Shown here piece after piece: positions 1 to 14,062 of a stretch of 64,000 nucleotides of DNA; the first letter of the stretch is position 1, and each line of letters starts with the position of its first letter. A model generated the notes under the pieces. The model was not told where the DNA came from and did no database searches. It was given only the letters and a program-made list of their open reading frames with translations. The DNA lies in NCBI RefSeq assembly GCF_009914755.1, contig NC_060929.1. One strand, given 5' to 3'. Position numbers and translations under genes: made by a program. Source of the DNA: the human T2T-CHM13v2.0 reference genome, Homo sapiens.

Positions 1-533
1 GAATGGGGAAGCTCTGAACCAATCTTTCCGATTTACAAACAGACCATAGATGTGCCAAATATGACAAACTGATACTGAAATGTGGAGCCTTGAAATTGAA
101 GATGTTTCCTTGTTCATTGTTGGGTATATAAGGTTACAGGTAACTGAGTACATTAACCATGCCATGTGTTCACTTTTCATTAAGTAGTGACGTGGATGGT
201 GCAAGGTCGATAGAGAAAAGTCTCCATTAGTCTGAATTTTTTGACACTAGATTTTTATTTTCCTATCAGGAAATATTTTTTTCTGGAGCAGAAAGGGCAA
301 AATAGTTTCCTCCATTTTCTCCAACAGGAGCATCTCCTCAATAGGATTCCTCAGCTTGACTCGCTGGTGTCAAAGAGAAAGGCATATTCCCAGGCAGTGG
401 CGGAGTTGATTGGTCACCTGCTACCCCTTCCCTTCTGTAACATCCACTAACTCCTCATCTCCTTGCCAATAGTGCCCACTTTCTGTTTGACATCAAGGAA
501 CTAAATATAGTTAGTTCTGACAGAATGTCTAGT

Positions 534-742
534 CAGTGCTGTGTCAGTAAATGGTTAATAACAGGCACTGAGGGCCTGAGTGTGGATCTGCTTGTAACAT
601 CTGATGATTTGATTTCCATGGTGTAAGTATTCTCACTATGACTAATTTCAAGCCACCAAAGTAACATCGAATGTGAAATTAAAAAGAAATACTAACAACT
701 GGCTCCCATGATCCCATAATACTCAATACCAGCATACTACTA
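534..742 (-). mobile_element. MER63-like hAT (Blackjack) MITE
   Basis: Begins cagtgctgtgtcagtaaatggttaataac. Contains atttccatggtgtaagtattctcactatgactaatttcaagccaccaa and ends ccagcatactact, matching the recalled reverse complement of MER63A with degenerate TIRs. Confidence 0.65.
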
Positions 743-1069
743 CCTCTATTCCAAAGCTGCTGTTTTACATACAAGAAAACTGTGATCTAAAGGAGTGAAG
801 AGGCTTTTCTGAGATCGCACAAACAGGGTAAGACTTGCGCCAGAGTACCTATCCCCAACTTCTGAAGTTAGTTTTTAATAAGCTGATGATCTGATTTACT
901 TATGTTTACATATGTAGCTGCTAACTGAAACAAATTTATTTCTTTTAAACGGAAGGGCCCCTTAGGTTCTTTGCTTAAGACCAGAAAACTAGCCAATGTT
1001 TCACAAAGTCAGTATTTTAGACTCTGCTGCCCAGTTTCTGGACAAGAATCCCAGTGTATCTTAATGGAA

Positions 1070-1270
1070 GCGGCTATCATGTATTGCGTATATATGTGCC
1101 AGTCACTCCATATGCATAGTGCCACAGAACCCACAGGGAAGGCATCATCTTTCTCTCCACATTGCGTATGAGGACACTAAAGTTCAGAGATAGAAACTTA
1201 CCCAAGGTCACGTCTCATACGTACTAAGGAGTGTAGTGAGATCTTGACCCCAGGTTTCCTTGACTTCAGA
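1070..1270 (-). mobile_element. MIR SINE fragment
   Basis: Antisense MIR core: atgaggacactaaagttcagaga...cttacccaaggtcac...cttgaccccaggtttccttgacttcaga. Confidence 0.6.
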
Positions 1271-1680
1271 TAACACTTTGCCTTGCACTTGCTGCATTGT
1301 TCTGGAGAGGTCTTATTTCCACTATGTGCTGATGGACTTTGGGGATTTTCTGTAATTTAGGAAATATTTGTGGGAAACAAATTACTGTACCAAATGAAAA
1401 TGCAGATGGAGCAAGGGTTTGATGAACAGGTAGGTAGCTAATAGTATCCATGGCCCTTTGGGGTTCTGATCATAGTTTTTAGTATTTTCCCTGCTACTTC
1501 GTCCCTCATCTCATCTTTGAGATTTGGTAAAGCTAACTGTGAGGACTCACCTGAGAGGACCCACATCTTATCTCAAAGGTCCTTTTAAAAAATAATATGA
1601 GAAATATTCATCCACTTCTAGAACTAACGGTGAATAACCAGTAGTTAAAATCTAAAAAGCAGGCAAAAGGGTTGCATCTT

Positions 1681-1780
1681 TTAAATAAATATAAATAACT
1701 ATATTAATTAGATATAATCATATATAATATATGCAATATATTATATATAAATAATATATAATAAATATATTAATAGTTAA
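1681..1780. repeat. AT-rich low-complexity (TA-rich) tract
   Basis: About 100 bp of almost pure A/T with ATAT/ATAAT units. Confidence 0.8.
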
Positions 1781-2788
1781 TGACAACAAGGCTGGTTAAA
1801 GCAAAGGCTGCTTCGTTTTATCCTTCTTGTGCCAAACGAATGGCATTCCTATATGATTCCCATAGTTTGCCAGTGTGTTCTATCTACATTATTTGGAGTG
1901 AGTCTGCAGCTTTCAGTACTGTGGTCTGCATTAAAGTGGGATGATTAGCATAATCTATACTGCACCCTTAAGAATATGGGGGCAATTAAACACTGAGCTT
2001 GACCTACCGCCCTCTTTTGCAGGGCAGAGATGATCCTGCACAGCAGAGGTGATTATAAATATCAGTTCTATTCATTCTTCCTCTCAACTGCTTCGTCTCC
2101 CTTCCTTCCTTCATCTCTCTTTCTCCACGCTCTACACATGCAATTTTTAACCTCCAAAACTGGTGAAAAACTGATGGCATCAGGCTATCTTGCTGGAAAT
2201 TGAAAATGCCAGTCAAACAGGGTCTCCAAATATCCAAGTATCTGGATGTTTAGGGTGGTGTAGACAAATTAACCAGATGCATCCATTGTGAATCTGGCTC
2301 TTTTTGGAGACCTGTGGAAACAACAAATATCTATATATAAAGAGAAAAATAATACTAACAAGCAAACAATTGCTTTGAAGTTCCATTGCAATTGTACTGT
2401 TATATGTCTGGCAGCCACATCCAGTGTCTGAAAATCGTGGTCGTATTTGCTATAACAAATCATTCCCACTGATTCCCATGTTGAAGTCTGAAAATTTACA
2501 GATGAAAAAAACTATGTCAAGATATCCAAGGCAATTTCTGCATTTTTAAATAAAGAAATAGAAGTAGTGACCTGCTTGGTAAAGACTAACTAAAATGTCA
2601 AGTTGCTTCTTTGTGAAAATCAGAAAGTTTGCTTTGTGTTAGTATGAGAAAAACTAATCAGTCAATACTAAATAAATGTAATTTGGTAAACAAAACCTGT
2701 TACAACTAGAAATACTTAGCAGATTTTTTAAGAATAAAAAGAGGGGGCTGGACTTGTGAAAACTATTGACCAGGAAGTTCTTTGACCA

Positions 2789-3090
2789 GGCTGAGTGCAG
2801 TGTCTCACACTTTGGGAGGCCAAGGCAGGAGGATCGCTTAAGCCAGAAGTTCAAGACCAGCCTGGGCAACATGTCAAAACCCCATCTCTACAAAAAATAC
2901 AAAAATTAGCTGGGCATGTTGGTGCACACCTGTGGTCCTAGCTACTCAGGAGGCTGAGGTTGGAGGATCACTTGAGCCTAGGAGATGGAGGTTGCACTGA
3001 GCCAAGATCATACCACTGCACTCCAGCCTGGGCGATAGAGTGAGACCCTGTCTCACAAAAAGAAAAAAGAGAAAAAAGAAAAGAAAAGAA
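2789..3090 (+). mobile_element. AluJ-family SINE, small left-arm deletion
   Basis: Dimeric Alu with J-type ggaggatcacttgagcc and an A/GA-rich tail. TSD aagttct(t/a)tgacc at about 2775-2787 and 3090-3102. The cctgtaatcccagca segment is missing from the left arm. Confidence 0.93.
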
Positions 3091-3239
3091 AGTTCTATGA
3101 CCGGTTCATACCAATCCAGCCATGATTCACTGTACACCCAACTAAGTGCCATACAGCAGTGAGGTCAAGATTGTACTTGTAGCATATACAATCTAGGGGG
3201 GAAAATAAAGTTTTACACATTCGATGAATGTTACCAAAG

Positions 3240-3618
3240 TGTATTAGTCTGTTCTCACACTGCTAATAAAGACATACCTAAGACTGAGTAATTTATAAAG
3301 GAAAGAAGTTTAATTGACTCACAGTTCAGCATGGCTGAGGAGGCCTCAGGAAACTTACAATCATGGTGGAAGGAGAAGCAAACACGTCCTTCCTTCACAT
3401 GGCAGCAGCGAGGAGAAGTACAGAGTGAGGGGTGGGGAGAAAGCCCCTTATAAAAGCATCAGATCTCATGAGAACTCACTCACTATCGCAAGAACAGGAG
3501 GGGATAAACTGCCCCTGTGATTCAATTATCTCCACCTGGTCCCTCCCATGACACGTGAGGATTATGGGAACTACAATTCAAGATGAGATTTGGGTGGGGA
3601 CACAGCCAAATCATATCA
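3240..3618 (-). mobile_element. THE1 (THE1C-like) MaLR solo LTR
   Basis: tgtattagtctgttctcac...gatgagatttgggtggggacacagccaaatcatatca, flanked by a perfect 5 bp TSD CAAAG (3235-3239, 3619-3623). Confidence 0.93.
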
Positions 3619-5699
3619 CAAAGGGACTTAGAGATATCTATCTAGAATTTCTGCTTCTAACCAAACAGAATTTGAACAGGAGAGTCATTTACCTATAGTT
3701 AGTGATTTTATAGGGGTCAAAAATGCAACATCCTCAAAATTATCCATTTTGGCAAACCAGTTTACAAATCCTATATTGCTCACTTCTTTGGGTTAAGGTA
3801 TTTAAGGTCTCAGTAAAAGATAATGCTGTAAGACAACGATGTCAAGCCATTATGAAACCTTAAAAACTCGACTCTAATAAATGTGTTGGATTAGCAGCCA
3901 GTCACCTAGGACCTCCACAGAAGCCCTGGCTCAGGAAAAAAAAAAAAAAAAAATCCTCTGAGGGTCTGAAGAGAGGAATTTGGAGAGGAAGGAATCCCCG
4001 AAATGCATACTTCCAGGTGAGGGAGCCCCGGTGGGAACTTGAGAAGTCTTGTTCCTATCTGAAGACCCATAGGCTGAAAGAGATATTGAAAGGAACATCC
4101 TAACAAGGGGCTGAAGCAGCCACACCAGACAATTCTGATGGGGAAGTCTGCCTTCCCTAGCCAGTGAACTAGCCTGGTAGAACACCTGCTAGATCTGGCT
4201 GCAGAAAAGCACAAGTCTCCCTACTGAATGGCAGCAAAAATGAAGCAGAGTTTCTGAGATTTGCCCAAGGCCATAGAAGCAGTCCGCCTCACACCTGGGA
4301 TTGGGATTCAGATCTTTCTGCCTTCCAGAAAGACAACTCCTGTCGCTCCCGATCATGTCCTATTTTTAAGTTCATTAGTTAACCTCTGGGTACTTAGCCA
4401 GTTCCAAGAGCCAGTACGTCAAAGCGTTTTTAAATGGACGAGCCTAAAGTGATCATTGTCTGGTTGGCCCGGCTCACCCCGTGAGCTCCTGCAAATGTTC
4501 TGTGGTTCATACAGAGGCTGGCTGCTCATCAACAAGTTTCTCTGGGAGGTGGGAAGCATCTTTCTTCTGATCAGAACATGCCTGTCACAGAGCGCCGGCG
4601 GCTACCAAGCAGTGCCTGCTCGAAAGAGCCACTGCCCCAGCCTGGGAGTCCAAAATCTGTCTTCTGGCAGAGGCTTTAACTGTTTGGCTGCTGCTTTCGA
4701 AGGTCCATGCTGGTACCTCCCAGGAAGAGAGAACCCAGCTGGGAAGCTGCCAGTTGCAGGCAATCTTCTCCTTCATTTCAACTTAACAAGTATTTAATGT
4801 GTACCCGCTGAGGGTCCAGTCCTTTGGGGTATGCAGCCCTCTGGAGGTCTACAATCATGCTGGGGAGTCCAGACACAAGCAGGAGGCAACCAGATGATAC
4901 ATCAAGGCTCTACATAATTAAGAGCTCTGCAGTCACGGCTACAGGAATTCAGGGATGTTCAGGGCTGTTGATGTAGCACTGCCTCTGCAAAAGGACAACT
5001 AGCAGTATTTAGAAAGGACCCAAAGACATTGTTTCTGCCCTATCAGGGTTCTTTGTCTCACACTAGGACACAAGTAAAAATATCAGGCAAAATGAGACCT
5101 CTGCTTAAAGGGAGAGCTCATGAAAATGAATGGGGCTCCCCTGATGCACAAGATTCTTCTCCAGACAGTTCTATAGGGCACTGAGCTGATCCCTATCACT
5201 CTGAGGTCAAAGGGAAGGCTAACTTGGCCTCAGCTGTCATGGCTGTGTTGTTAATCAACCCTTCCATGCTAAACTCCCAGCTCCAATTTGCCTCCTTTTT
5301 CTTGTGCTGATACTTGTTTTATTTTGTCCTTGCTTTTCAGCATTTGCTGGGCACCCACAGGGTTCTGGCACTCCAGCAAATGCCTGGGTGGCAGTGGAGT
5401 CATAACTCAGAAGACAGGATGCTGTGCGTGACTGCTTGATATCTAGCAATGCAGTAGCACGGTGGAAGTTTCTGGCTGTGTTAAATTCTAATTGTTTATA
5501 TAATAAGAGCGTAGCATTGGGGGGCTGTTATAACATGGAGTGATGTGTTGAGCTTGAGCTTACATGGTGTTAGATCAGCTTTCTCACACTTCTGATATCC
5601 TCTCACCTCCTGGAAGAGTGACTTCTTGAGCTAGGCAATTTGCTTTTAGAAGATTTATTGTTAAGTCTGATTAAGTAATTATTAGTAAAATAATTTGTT

Positions 5700-5831
5700 G
5701 GATGTCTGTCCCCCTTGCAAAACTGTAATTCTTATGCAGGCACTGACACAATGTGGATTCTTCTTCATTGCAGCCCTAGTGTCTTAAACAGATTTGTGAT
5801 GAAATAATCGATAAATATTTATTAAAGTGAT
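5700..5831 (+). mobile_element. L2 LINE 3' end fragment
   Basis: tgtctgtccccc...actgtaa...gcaggca...ataaatatttattaaa resembles the L2 3' terminus. The tgaatga tail resumes after the MLT1B insertion. Confidence 0.5.
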
Positions 5832-6231
5832 TATATTATTTTTCTAGGGATACCATAAGAAAATTCCACAAGCTGAGTGGCTCAGACAACAGAAATTTAT
5901 TTCCTGTCAGTTCTGGAGGCTGGAAGTCCAAGATCGAGGTGTCAGCAGGTGTGGTTTTTCCTGAGACCTCTCTCCTTGACTTGTAGATGGCCACCTCCTC
6001 ACAGCATGCTCACATGGTCTTTCTGTGTGCACCCTCATCCCTGGTGTTTCTCTGTGTGTCCAAATTTCCTCTTCTTATAAGGACACCAGTCAGATTAGAT
6101 TAGGGCCCACCTGAAAGTCCCCGTTTTAACTTAATCACCTCTTTAAATGCCCTATCTCCACATATAGTCCCATACTGAGGCACTGGGGGTTAGGGCTCCA
6201 ACATATGAATGGGGGACACCATTCTGTAACA
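5832..6231 (-). mobile_element. MLT1B-like MaLR solo LTR
   Basis: cagaaatttatt...ttctggaggctggaagtccaagatc...ccaaatttcctcttcttataaggacaccagtc...ttagggctccaacatatgaat matches the MLT1A/B reverse complement. Confidence 0.88.
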
Positions 6232-8084
6232 GGGATGAATGATAGAAACAGAATGAAGTATATTGCAGAAAACTGGATCATATTAAAGTGGATAAACTAG
6301 AGAACAATATACATAAATACTACATTAAAACGAGTTAAAGTTATTCCTTGCAATAGGAGCCCTCTCCCTCATTTGTTCCCTTGGCTAGAAAAGGACAGGG
6401 TGGCTTTGCAGTCTGCAGGCCAGGAATGGTGTTCTAGCCATGGGTAGGGTGTAGATTAGTTCTGTAATTTGGGAATAGTCTATTTCTATTTCTGGGCTTT
6501 TGTTCTTTATTCTACAAAATAAAGGGAATCGGGCTCACGAAGTCACTCAGTGATCCTATGAAAAGCCAAACCAGAATGGAAATATTCCTTATGGCTTCTC
6601 TGTTTGACTAAGAGTGATAATCTGCAGTAATTCTCTTTCCTCCAAGGCTCATGGAGAGAAAGAAGAGACCCAAAGTCTACTTTGTCTTTTCCTTAGTGGG
6701 ATTCCAGTTACCTGTAAGCCAGACAGTCAGGGAAGCAAAAGTCTCTACCCTAGGAAGCAATAAGCAACTCCCTAAATGGGAAAAAAGCCAGCAAATGCTC
6801 CTGGTTCCCATCTTGCTGGCAGGGAGCAAGTCTGTGCTGCCTTGTATCTGTCTTCTCCTGTCTTGGTGATGACGGACTTTAGGAGATACAGTGTTCAAGG
6901 AAGCAGTAAGGACCATGAATCCACAAAACAGGAAGTCAAACCCTAGTTCCCCTGCTGACTTGCTCCAAAGCTCAGAATACCAAACTGGTGAAATCCCAAC
7001 TAAGACCACTTTTCACACTATTCCACTGATGTTTCCCATTCTTCCCCGTTTGGAGTGCAGAGTTGAGACATTACCTTGAGCACTGAAATGACACAATATA
7101 CACATGGAATTTCCTCCCCATCCCCAGTGCAGTTTTCCAGCAATATGTGATAACTAATTACTTGTGACCCTCGCTTCCCCTTGTTATCTCCTGGAAATAG
7201 TTGTTTTTCTGTGTAAGAACTTGCTACAGATGCTACTAAAATAAAATCCCTGGGATAATTAGCAGATGCGGGGGTTTCTGCGATGTTTCATTAGTGAGTG
7301 GTGCTGGTCTAGGAGACTGCCAGCTTGCTTACTGCACTCAAAAAGCAGGGTTGTAGCTGCCATTGTTTGGATTTGCATATGTTCTTCCCATTTTCACTTA
7401 CCGCCCCTTTGCCCAAGAAATCACCTCTCCAAATCGACAATGACTTTCCAAATCTATATGTCTTTGCTTTTCCAGTTACTGCCTTCTCTTCATTTACCCA
7501 GTCACATCGGGTTATGGAAACACAAATGCAGAAACGTGCCCAAATCACTGTGATCTCAGAAATTCAGAGCCGTTTGCATTTCAGCTTAAGGCAGCAGCTT
7601 CTGAACTACACTGAATAGAACTTGGGAAACCTCGTGCACCCAGAACTGATAGAATGCTTCTCTTGTGTGTTTTTGGATTGTGCAGTCAATTGACATTTTG
7701 TTGACACTACTTCCCTTCAATTTCCCTTTCTATATAATTTCAATTCTCCTTCTTCTAGGATTTCCCATTGCTATTTCCAGTGGCTTTATATCATGGCTCA
7801 GCCGATCTTTGAGAAATAATGCCAGGCCTCTCTCTGTTCTTTTGTATCCCGCGTGCTACCTGATTCTTATCTTACCTGTGCAAACACAAATGGGGTACGG
7901 CCAAGAATAAGAATAACACTTTAGCCTCAGTTACTGGGCCTAGGGACCCGTGAGAGGGATCTGATATAGCTCAATCAGTAGTTGGCTGTCTTCTTTATTC
8001 TGCAAGACTGATGATCAGGACAATCCTTCCTCTTACTGAAACAATATATTCCTAACCTCATTTTCAAATTCCCTCTTGGTGATC

Positions 8085-8580
8085 CCTAGGCCCTCCTTGA
8101 CTTCATCAGCACCCACTGCTTCCTCCCGCTACTGGGCTCCAACCACCTCAGTCTTCTGTCAACCCTGCAGACGTGCCAAGCTCATTCCAACGTGAGAACC
8201 TTGGCATGTCTTCTGTCAACCCTGCAGATGTGCCGAGCTCATTCCCATCTGAGAACCTTGGCACTTACTGTTTCCTCTTTGTTGTACACTCTTTCCCTAT
8301 AGCTGCGTCTTGTCCTTCTCCTCAATCTGAGAAGCTCATTCTTATGCTCAGAAGTTACCTCCTTGAAAAAGCCTTCCCTGAAGTTAAGTGATTTTGCCCA
8401 CTCCACCCAGTCCCTATCTTTTCCACTGTGAAATTCTTTCTTCTTCTTAAACTTGGTACTGTCAAGAGTAAGCTCCACAGACTTTGGCACTTTATGTTGT
8501 GGCCACTATTTTTTTCCAGCATCCTTAACTGTGCCTGTCCCAGATTAGATGCTCAACAAGTATGTGTTGAATGGATAGAT
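8085..8580 (+). mobile_element. L2 LINE 3' region with internal 57 bp tandem duplication
   Basis: gttacctccttgaaaaagccttccctga...gtaagctccacag...gtgcctg...gatgctcaacaagtatgtgttgaatggat. Confidence 0.65.
8151..8264. repeat. 57 bp x2 tandem duplication
   Basis: The unit gtcttctgtcaaccctgcaga...gagaaccttggca occurs at 8151-8207 and 8208-8264, with about 6 mismatches. Confidence 0.92.
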
Positions 8581-9493
8581 TTAGGAAAATAGGGTTAAGA
8601 AAGGATGAGTTAGAGAGGAAAAATAAGATTCATGATCTTCAAAAAGGAATCAGTGGAGAAATGGCCTTGTTGGTTCAGGTTTTAGCACTTAAAGTGTGTT
8701 GTTCTCTTGGATTTTCCAGTTGTGGGTCATCTCTGAAAAGGGGCAATGTCTGCAGCAAGTCTGCCTTGGCTTCACACACAGTCTTCAGCTATTACCTCTA
8801 CACAAATTCCTCTCAGATCTACAGGTCCGGGAATGGAGGCCCCTAATCACAGCATCTCCCCTGATTTTCAGATTCTGCTATCACCTCAGCTTCAACATAT
8901 TGAAAAATCATTGTTACTTCTGGTTCAGCGACTCAGTCTACCTTCTCACTTGCCTTGTTAACATACCACCATCTTCCGCCTTTCTTCTCAAGAAGAAAAA
9001 AATCAGACCTCACTGACGCTTCACCATCTTCAGCCCCTCATTCCCAATGTATCTAAAAGGAGCTGTGCCACTTTTTAGAAAATCAACCCTCATGCATTCG
9101 GCACCTGTTATTATTTCTAGAAACTGTATTAAGCCTGTGGACAAACAGGGCCCTGGTTGTCATGGAATTTGAAGCCACCCTTTTCTGTTTTGATTGGATG
9201 CAGGAACAATGAGTACACACCACACCCAGAGTCCATCCCTTGTCATATCAAGTCCCTCTTTCTTCAAAGACAACCTCCTACCTGTATCTTGCAGATTATT
9301 GCCAAAAGAAATATCCTAAGTGGCAATTAATTGCTCTACTTTATCTTCATGAACCTAAACTAACTCTGTCATAAGCCTAGAGTTTTCTTATGCTGAGCTT
9401 TTGAAACTTTTCATAATCTGATATTCACTCTTAACTAATTCCCACATTCCCCCAATAATTCCCACTTTTCCAGCCAAGATATTTGGAGCTCAC

Positions 9494-9537
9494 TATCCCC
9501 TTAACTTTTATTTTTATCCCCTTAACTTTTGTTTTTA
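9494..9537. repeat. 21 bp x2 tandem duplication
   Basis: tatccccttaactttt(a/g)tttt repeated. Confidence 0.8.
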
Positions 9538-9953
9538 TTCCTATAGTGCTTACCCCAGAATTTAAATTTGAATGGAACCACACATATTATTTAACCCAAC
9601 CTCTACATAGATAAATTAAAAAAAAAAAAACCCTGAAGTTCACAGGCTTAAAGTCAGAAAACTAATTCTAAAAATAGTATTTCCTGATTTTTAAGGTTCT
9701 TCACCCAATATATTGTCATTTTTTCTTGCTGTGTATATGTCCATGTGGTTAGTATGTTAGCAGCTCCTATCAGAAACCAATCAACGTTCTCAAACAAAAT
9801 GGAATTAAGAGAGAGCTTTTGTTGAGTAAACTAGGGAAGAGGAAAAAGGGAAGGAGGCATTGGGCTAAAAGAACTCATGTTTGCAGATTTGAGTATCTGT
9901 GTTCCATTCATTCAAATTTGCCATCTGGATCATTAGAATATAAGATGCCTAAG

Positions 9954-10345
<392 letters not shown>

Positions 10346-12048
10346 CTACACATGGTTGTCTTTTGTCTTTTAGTATAAGACCTGGGACTACACTTACTGG
10401 AGAGCAGCTGAGGCTAGAGTGTAAAAGTCCAATAGTTGTTGACTAATAGTGCCTCAGTGGTAGTTCCAATATGCCAGTTAATGCATAATGTCTCCCCGCA
10501 TGAAACCTGATCAAAAAGCTTTAAAGCTGCTTGGCCCCTACTGTTTGCAGAGGGAAAACATGGGGACTGAGGGCCTTAGAAGGAGGGGCAATGTGAGCGC
10601 ATTGAGTGACTGGGCAAGACATCATTAGAAAGACAAAAAGAGACATCATTCTCAAAATGCACTGCGTTGCAAAGAGGCCACGATTCTTAAATGATGTTTA
10701 GGGTAACTATTCGAACCGACAAAAAGGCTTATCAAACAATTAAATAAATAAATAAGTTTTTAAAAAGCAGTCTTTTCTTTTTCTTCCCTGTGTTTGAAAA
10801 CCTTCCCATTAAGAGAACACAATATGCAATGGCAAACACGGCTCAGCCTCATCAGGAAAAGAGAAAATTGTTTGAAATAAACCTCAAAGAGAAAGAAAAA
10901 AGCTGTCATTTTCTTTAAGGACACTATTATGTTCTTATTGACAAGACAAAAGAGTAATAAAGTTAAATTATAGCAACTATAAGCTTGATAGTTCGATTGG
11001 AGAGAAATAGAGAAACCTTTGCTATTAAAAAGAAAAAGAAAGAAGAAAAAGTAGATCTTTTAATCAGCCCCTACTGAAGCGATGACTACTGACCTTACCC
11101 CTCACTGAGAGCATTCTTGAATCTGTTCCAGGGGCAACATTCCTACCTCATTGATACAATCCAGGAATTATGAAACTAGAAGTGAGCTTGAATAATCATT
11201 ATGCTGGAGTCTCTTATTTTATAATTGGAGAAACCCATGTCTATAGCAGTTAAGTGGCTTGCCTGTGCTCACACAGCTTTTGAATTTCAAGGTTAAATTC
11301 TAGAAACCAGCAGAAGCTAAAACTTATTTTCTCCAGACACAGAATCTGTTTATTCAGCCTTATTACAAAATCATCATGCTAACAACAAATTCATGGTGAT
11401 TATCCTGAAATCTATCTCCAAGCATATTTGGAGATTCTGAGTATACTTACTAAGCTCTTACGGATTCAGGGTCCCAAATTCCTCCTCCCTGTCTGGACTA
11501 GGCATCAGGCAGTTGAAGAAAAAGCGTCAGGAGATCCCCATCCTTCCTCACTGCTGTATCTTGATGACAGTCAACATCTCTTACCCACACAGTCTCTTGT
11601 TGGAACAGGAACAGTGCCTCTCTGGCCCCTGTTGTGAAAAGAATGAAGCAAAAAGACCCTCCTAGCCATGACTGAGTTATGGGACTCTTCAGAACTGCAG
11701 TGAGAGAGGCCAGACACCTTAGAAGTGACAAGTTCTCCCTTGTAATATATAGTAGGAGTTCAGAAAAAGGAAAATGCAATGATTTTTAAGTACTTTGGGC
11801 CATTTTCCTCTCTTGCTTCTCTCCTGGAGAAGTCTGGACACGTTTTTATTTGGAAAGGTGCATTGTGACATTTTATATCGTTCCTTCCACCTATTAATAG
11901 CTCTGGCCGCCCCAGGTGCTCATTTTCAAGACACCCTCAGAGAAGGGGGACTTCTGGCAGCCACTCTGCAGCTGATAGCTTTGGGGAAATGGCAGGTTTT
12001 AATTGATGTATTGTGGACACTGTTCTTTCTTTCTGTCTGTCTCTCTCT

Positions 12049-12098
12049 AAAACAAAACAAACAAACAAACAAAACAAAACAAAACAAAACAAAAAAAC
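12049..12098. repeat. (CAAA)n/(CAAAA)n microsatellite
   Basis: Read directly from the sequence. Confidence 0.85.
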
Positions 12099-12740
12099 CG
12101 TGATGGGTTTAGTATCCTCCTAGGACCTAGGACCTATAGATTTTAATATGTCAATTATTCCCCTTTTATGGGAACTTGTATGTTTGTGACTGACTCATGG
12201 TCTTCCAGGTATCTTTTTGTCTCCATGTGACACTGAGCACCAAGTATCAACATCACCTGTCTCTCTTTGAATAAACTTTCTAGACAGGCAACAACCAACA
12301 GCCCCTATATAGATGCTCATCAGAACAGCACGTCATATGAATTCTTCTCAAATTGGTGGATTGACTGTTAATCATTACAATGAGATGGAATTGGAAAGTA
12401 GGGCTAAAACGCAGGAATGTGAAGTACCAAAATTTCTTATTTAAAAATAGTCCAGGTGGCTACCCCTGATGGAGGCAATGTTGTCCAGGCCCGCATTTCT
12501 GCGGACATTGGCTGCTCCAACCATCCTCTATAATTCTGGCTTGTTGCAAGTGCTGCGAAGACAGCAATGTATTTCCCAAGAGCCTCAGAGAATGTTGGCT
12601 CTGCCATCTCTGCCCAAAGAAGCCAGTGTCTCCATGCTGGCTATGGTGTGGAGCTCCATCGTAAGCCTTGAGACACTGTTCTCAATATGAAATGTAGGGA
12701 GATTTCTTACTGCTGAAGTTCCCCTCGGTATTCTCACACA

Positions 12741-13219
12741 CTTTTTAAAAAATAGCTTTTTGAAGTATAATTCACATACCATAAAATCCACACATTAGAA
12801 GCTATTTTTAGCTTTCCACAATTTTCAGCAAATTTATGGAGTTGAACAACCAACAACATCCTCCACTTTTAGAATATTTTCATCATCCAAAAATTCCCTA
12901 CTGGCCATTTGCTGTTAATCTACTCTACCCCCAGTCCTAGCCAATACTGATCTACTTTTCTTGTCTCTATAAAAGTGAGGTTTCTGGGCATTGCTTATCA
13001 ATGGGCTTATATAATGTATTACATGATGGTTTGTAGGTTCATCTATGCATAGCATGTATCAGTAGTTCATTCTTTTTATTGCTGAATGGTATTCTGCTGA
13101 TACAGGTTTACCACGTTTTCTTTATCCAGCAGTTGATGGACATTTGGATTGTTTCCAATTTGGGGCTCTTATGATGCCATGGACATTCACATGCATTTCC
13201 TTCTATGGATGTATGCTCT
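12741..13219 (-). mobile_element. Old L1M (L1MB-like) 3' end
   Basis: gaagtataattcacataccataaaatccac...agttcattctttttattgctgaatggtattc...gttgatggacatttggattgtttccaatttgggg is a typical antisense L1M 3' UTR. Confidence 0.8.
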
Positions 13220-13229
13220 AATAAGCTTC

Positions 13230-13425
13230 TTAAATGCTACTTCTTACATGCCCCTGTGCCCCTAACTATGCTAATCACTTTAAACGTATTATTTCCAGCC
13301 TTTGCAAAAACTGCTGAGATAGGAATTTTAACCAAGAAACCAAAGCTTATAAAGAAGCAACTCACTTGAAACAATGTTTCCAGAGCCAAAATTCAACCCC
13401 GTACACTTCGGACTATGCCAAGCAG
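13230..13425 (-). mobile_element. MIR SINE fragment
   Basis: Degenerate antisense MIR (gagataggaattttaaccaagaaaccaaagctt...agagccaaaattcaacccc). Confidence 0.45.
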
Positions 13426-13918
13426 TCTCTATTACTCCCTAACAAAAAAGCAGGCATTTCCACGAAGCTTGCACACGAAACCCAATGGCTCACCCTACAG
13501 CCATACTAGGGAGTGTTGCCACCTTAAATGGATTGGAGGTTTGCAAATCCACCCTAGGACTTCATGTACAAATATTCTCTTCGAAATTACAGCAACCTCA
13601 ATGGTCACTTCAAACCCAATTTTGACATGGATACATAGATCGATGCAAATGTATCAATTATCTGCTTTATGCCTAGAACCAAGTTGGGTAAAGTGAGGAA
13701 ACAAAAGGTGAATGACAAACAGCCATGGCCCCTTGAGGTCAGCATAATGGGATGACCAGCCTCATACACACATGTCTGAATTACGTGGAACCAACTGCAC
13801 ATATAATGAGAGCTTCAATTATTTAAGAATCTGTGCCAAGACTTAAGCCACTCACGACTTGTGTGTCATCTACCTTTTTCCTTTTTCAGTTATGTGGGCA
13901 CTGTAGAGCTAAATTACC

Positions 13919-13921
<3 letters not shown>

Positions 13922-13967
<46 letters not shown>
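13922..13967. repeat. (AG)n microsatellite, about 23 units
   Basis: Read directly from the sequence. Confidence 0.95.
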
Positions 13968-13969
<2 letters not shown>

Positions 13970-14062
13970 GGACTCTACACAATTAGTGAGCTACTCAGAA
14001 GATATTCAGTGGAAACATTTTGGAAATGTTATTATTTAAGGCAGCTGGATAATCTGCAGATA

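Noticed and set aside
4585-4610. CpG-rich gagcgccggcggc as a CTCF site or CpG island
   Set aside because: Poor match to the CTCF core and far too short for an island.
6647-6713. Possible exon (ccaag| ... cct|gtaagc)
   Set aside because: The AAG acceptor has a short tract and the donor is weak, indistinguishable from background.
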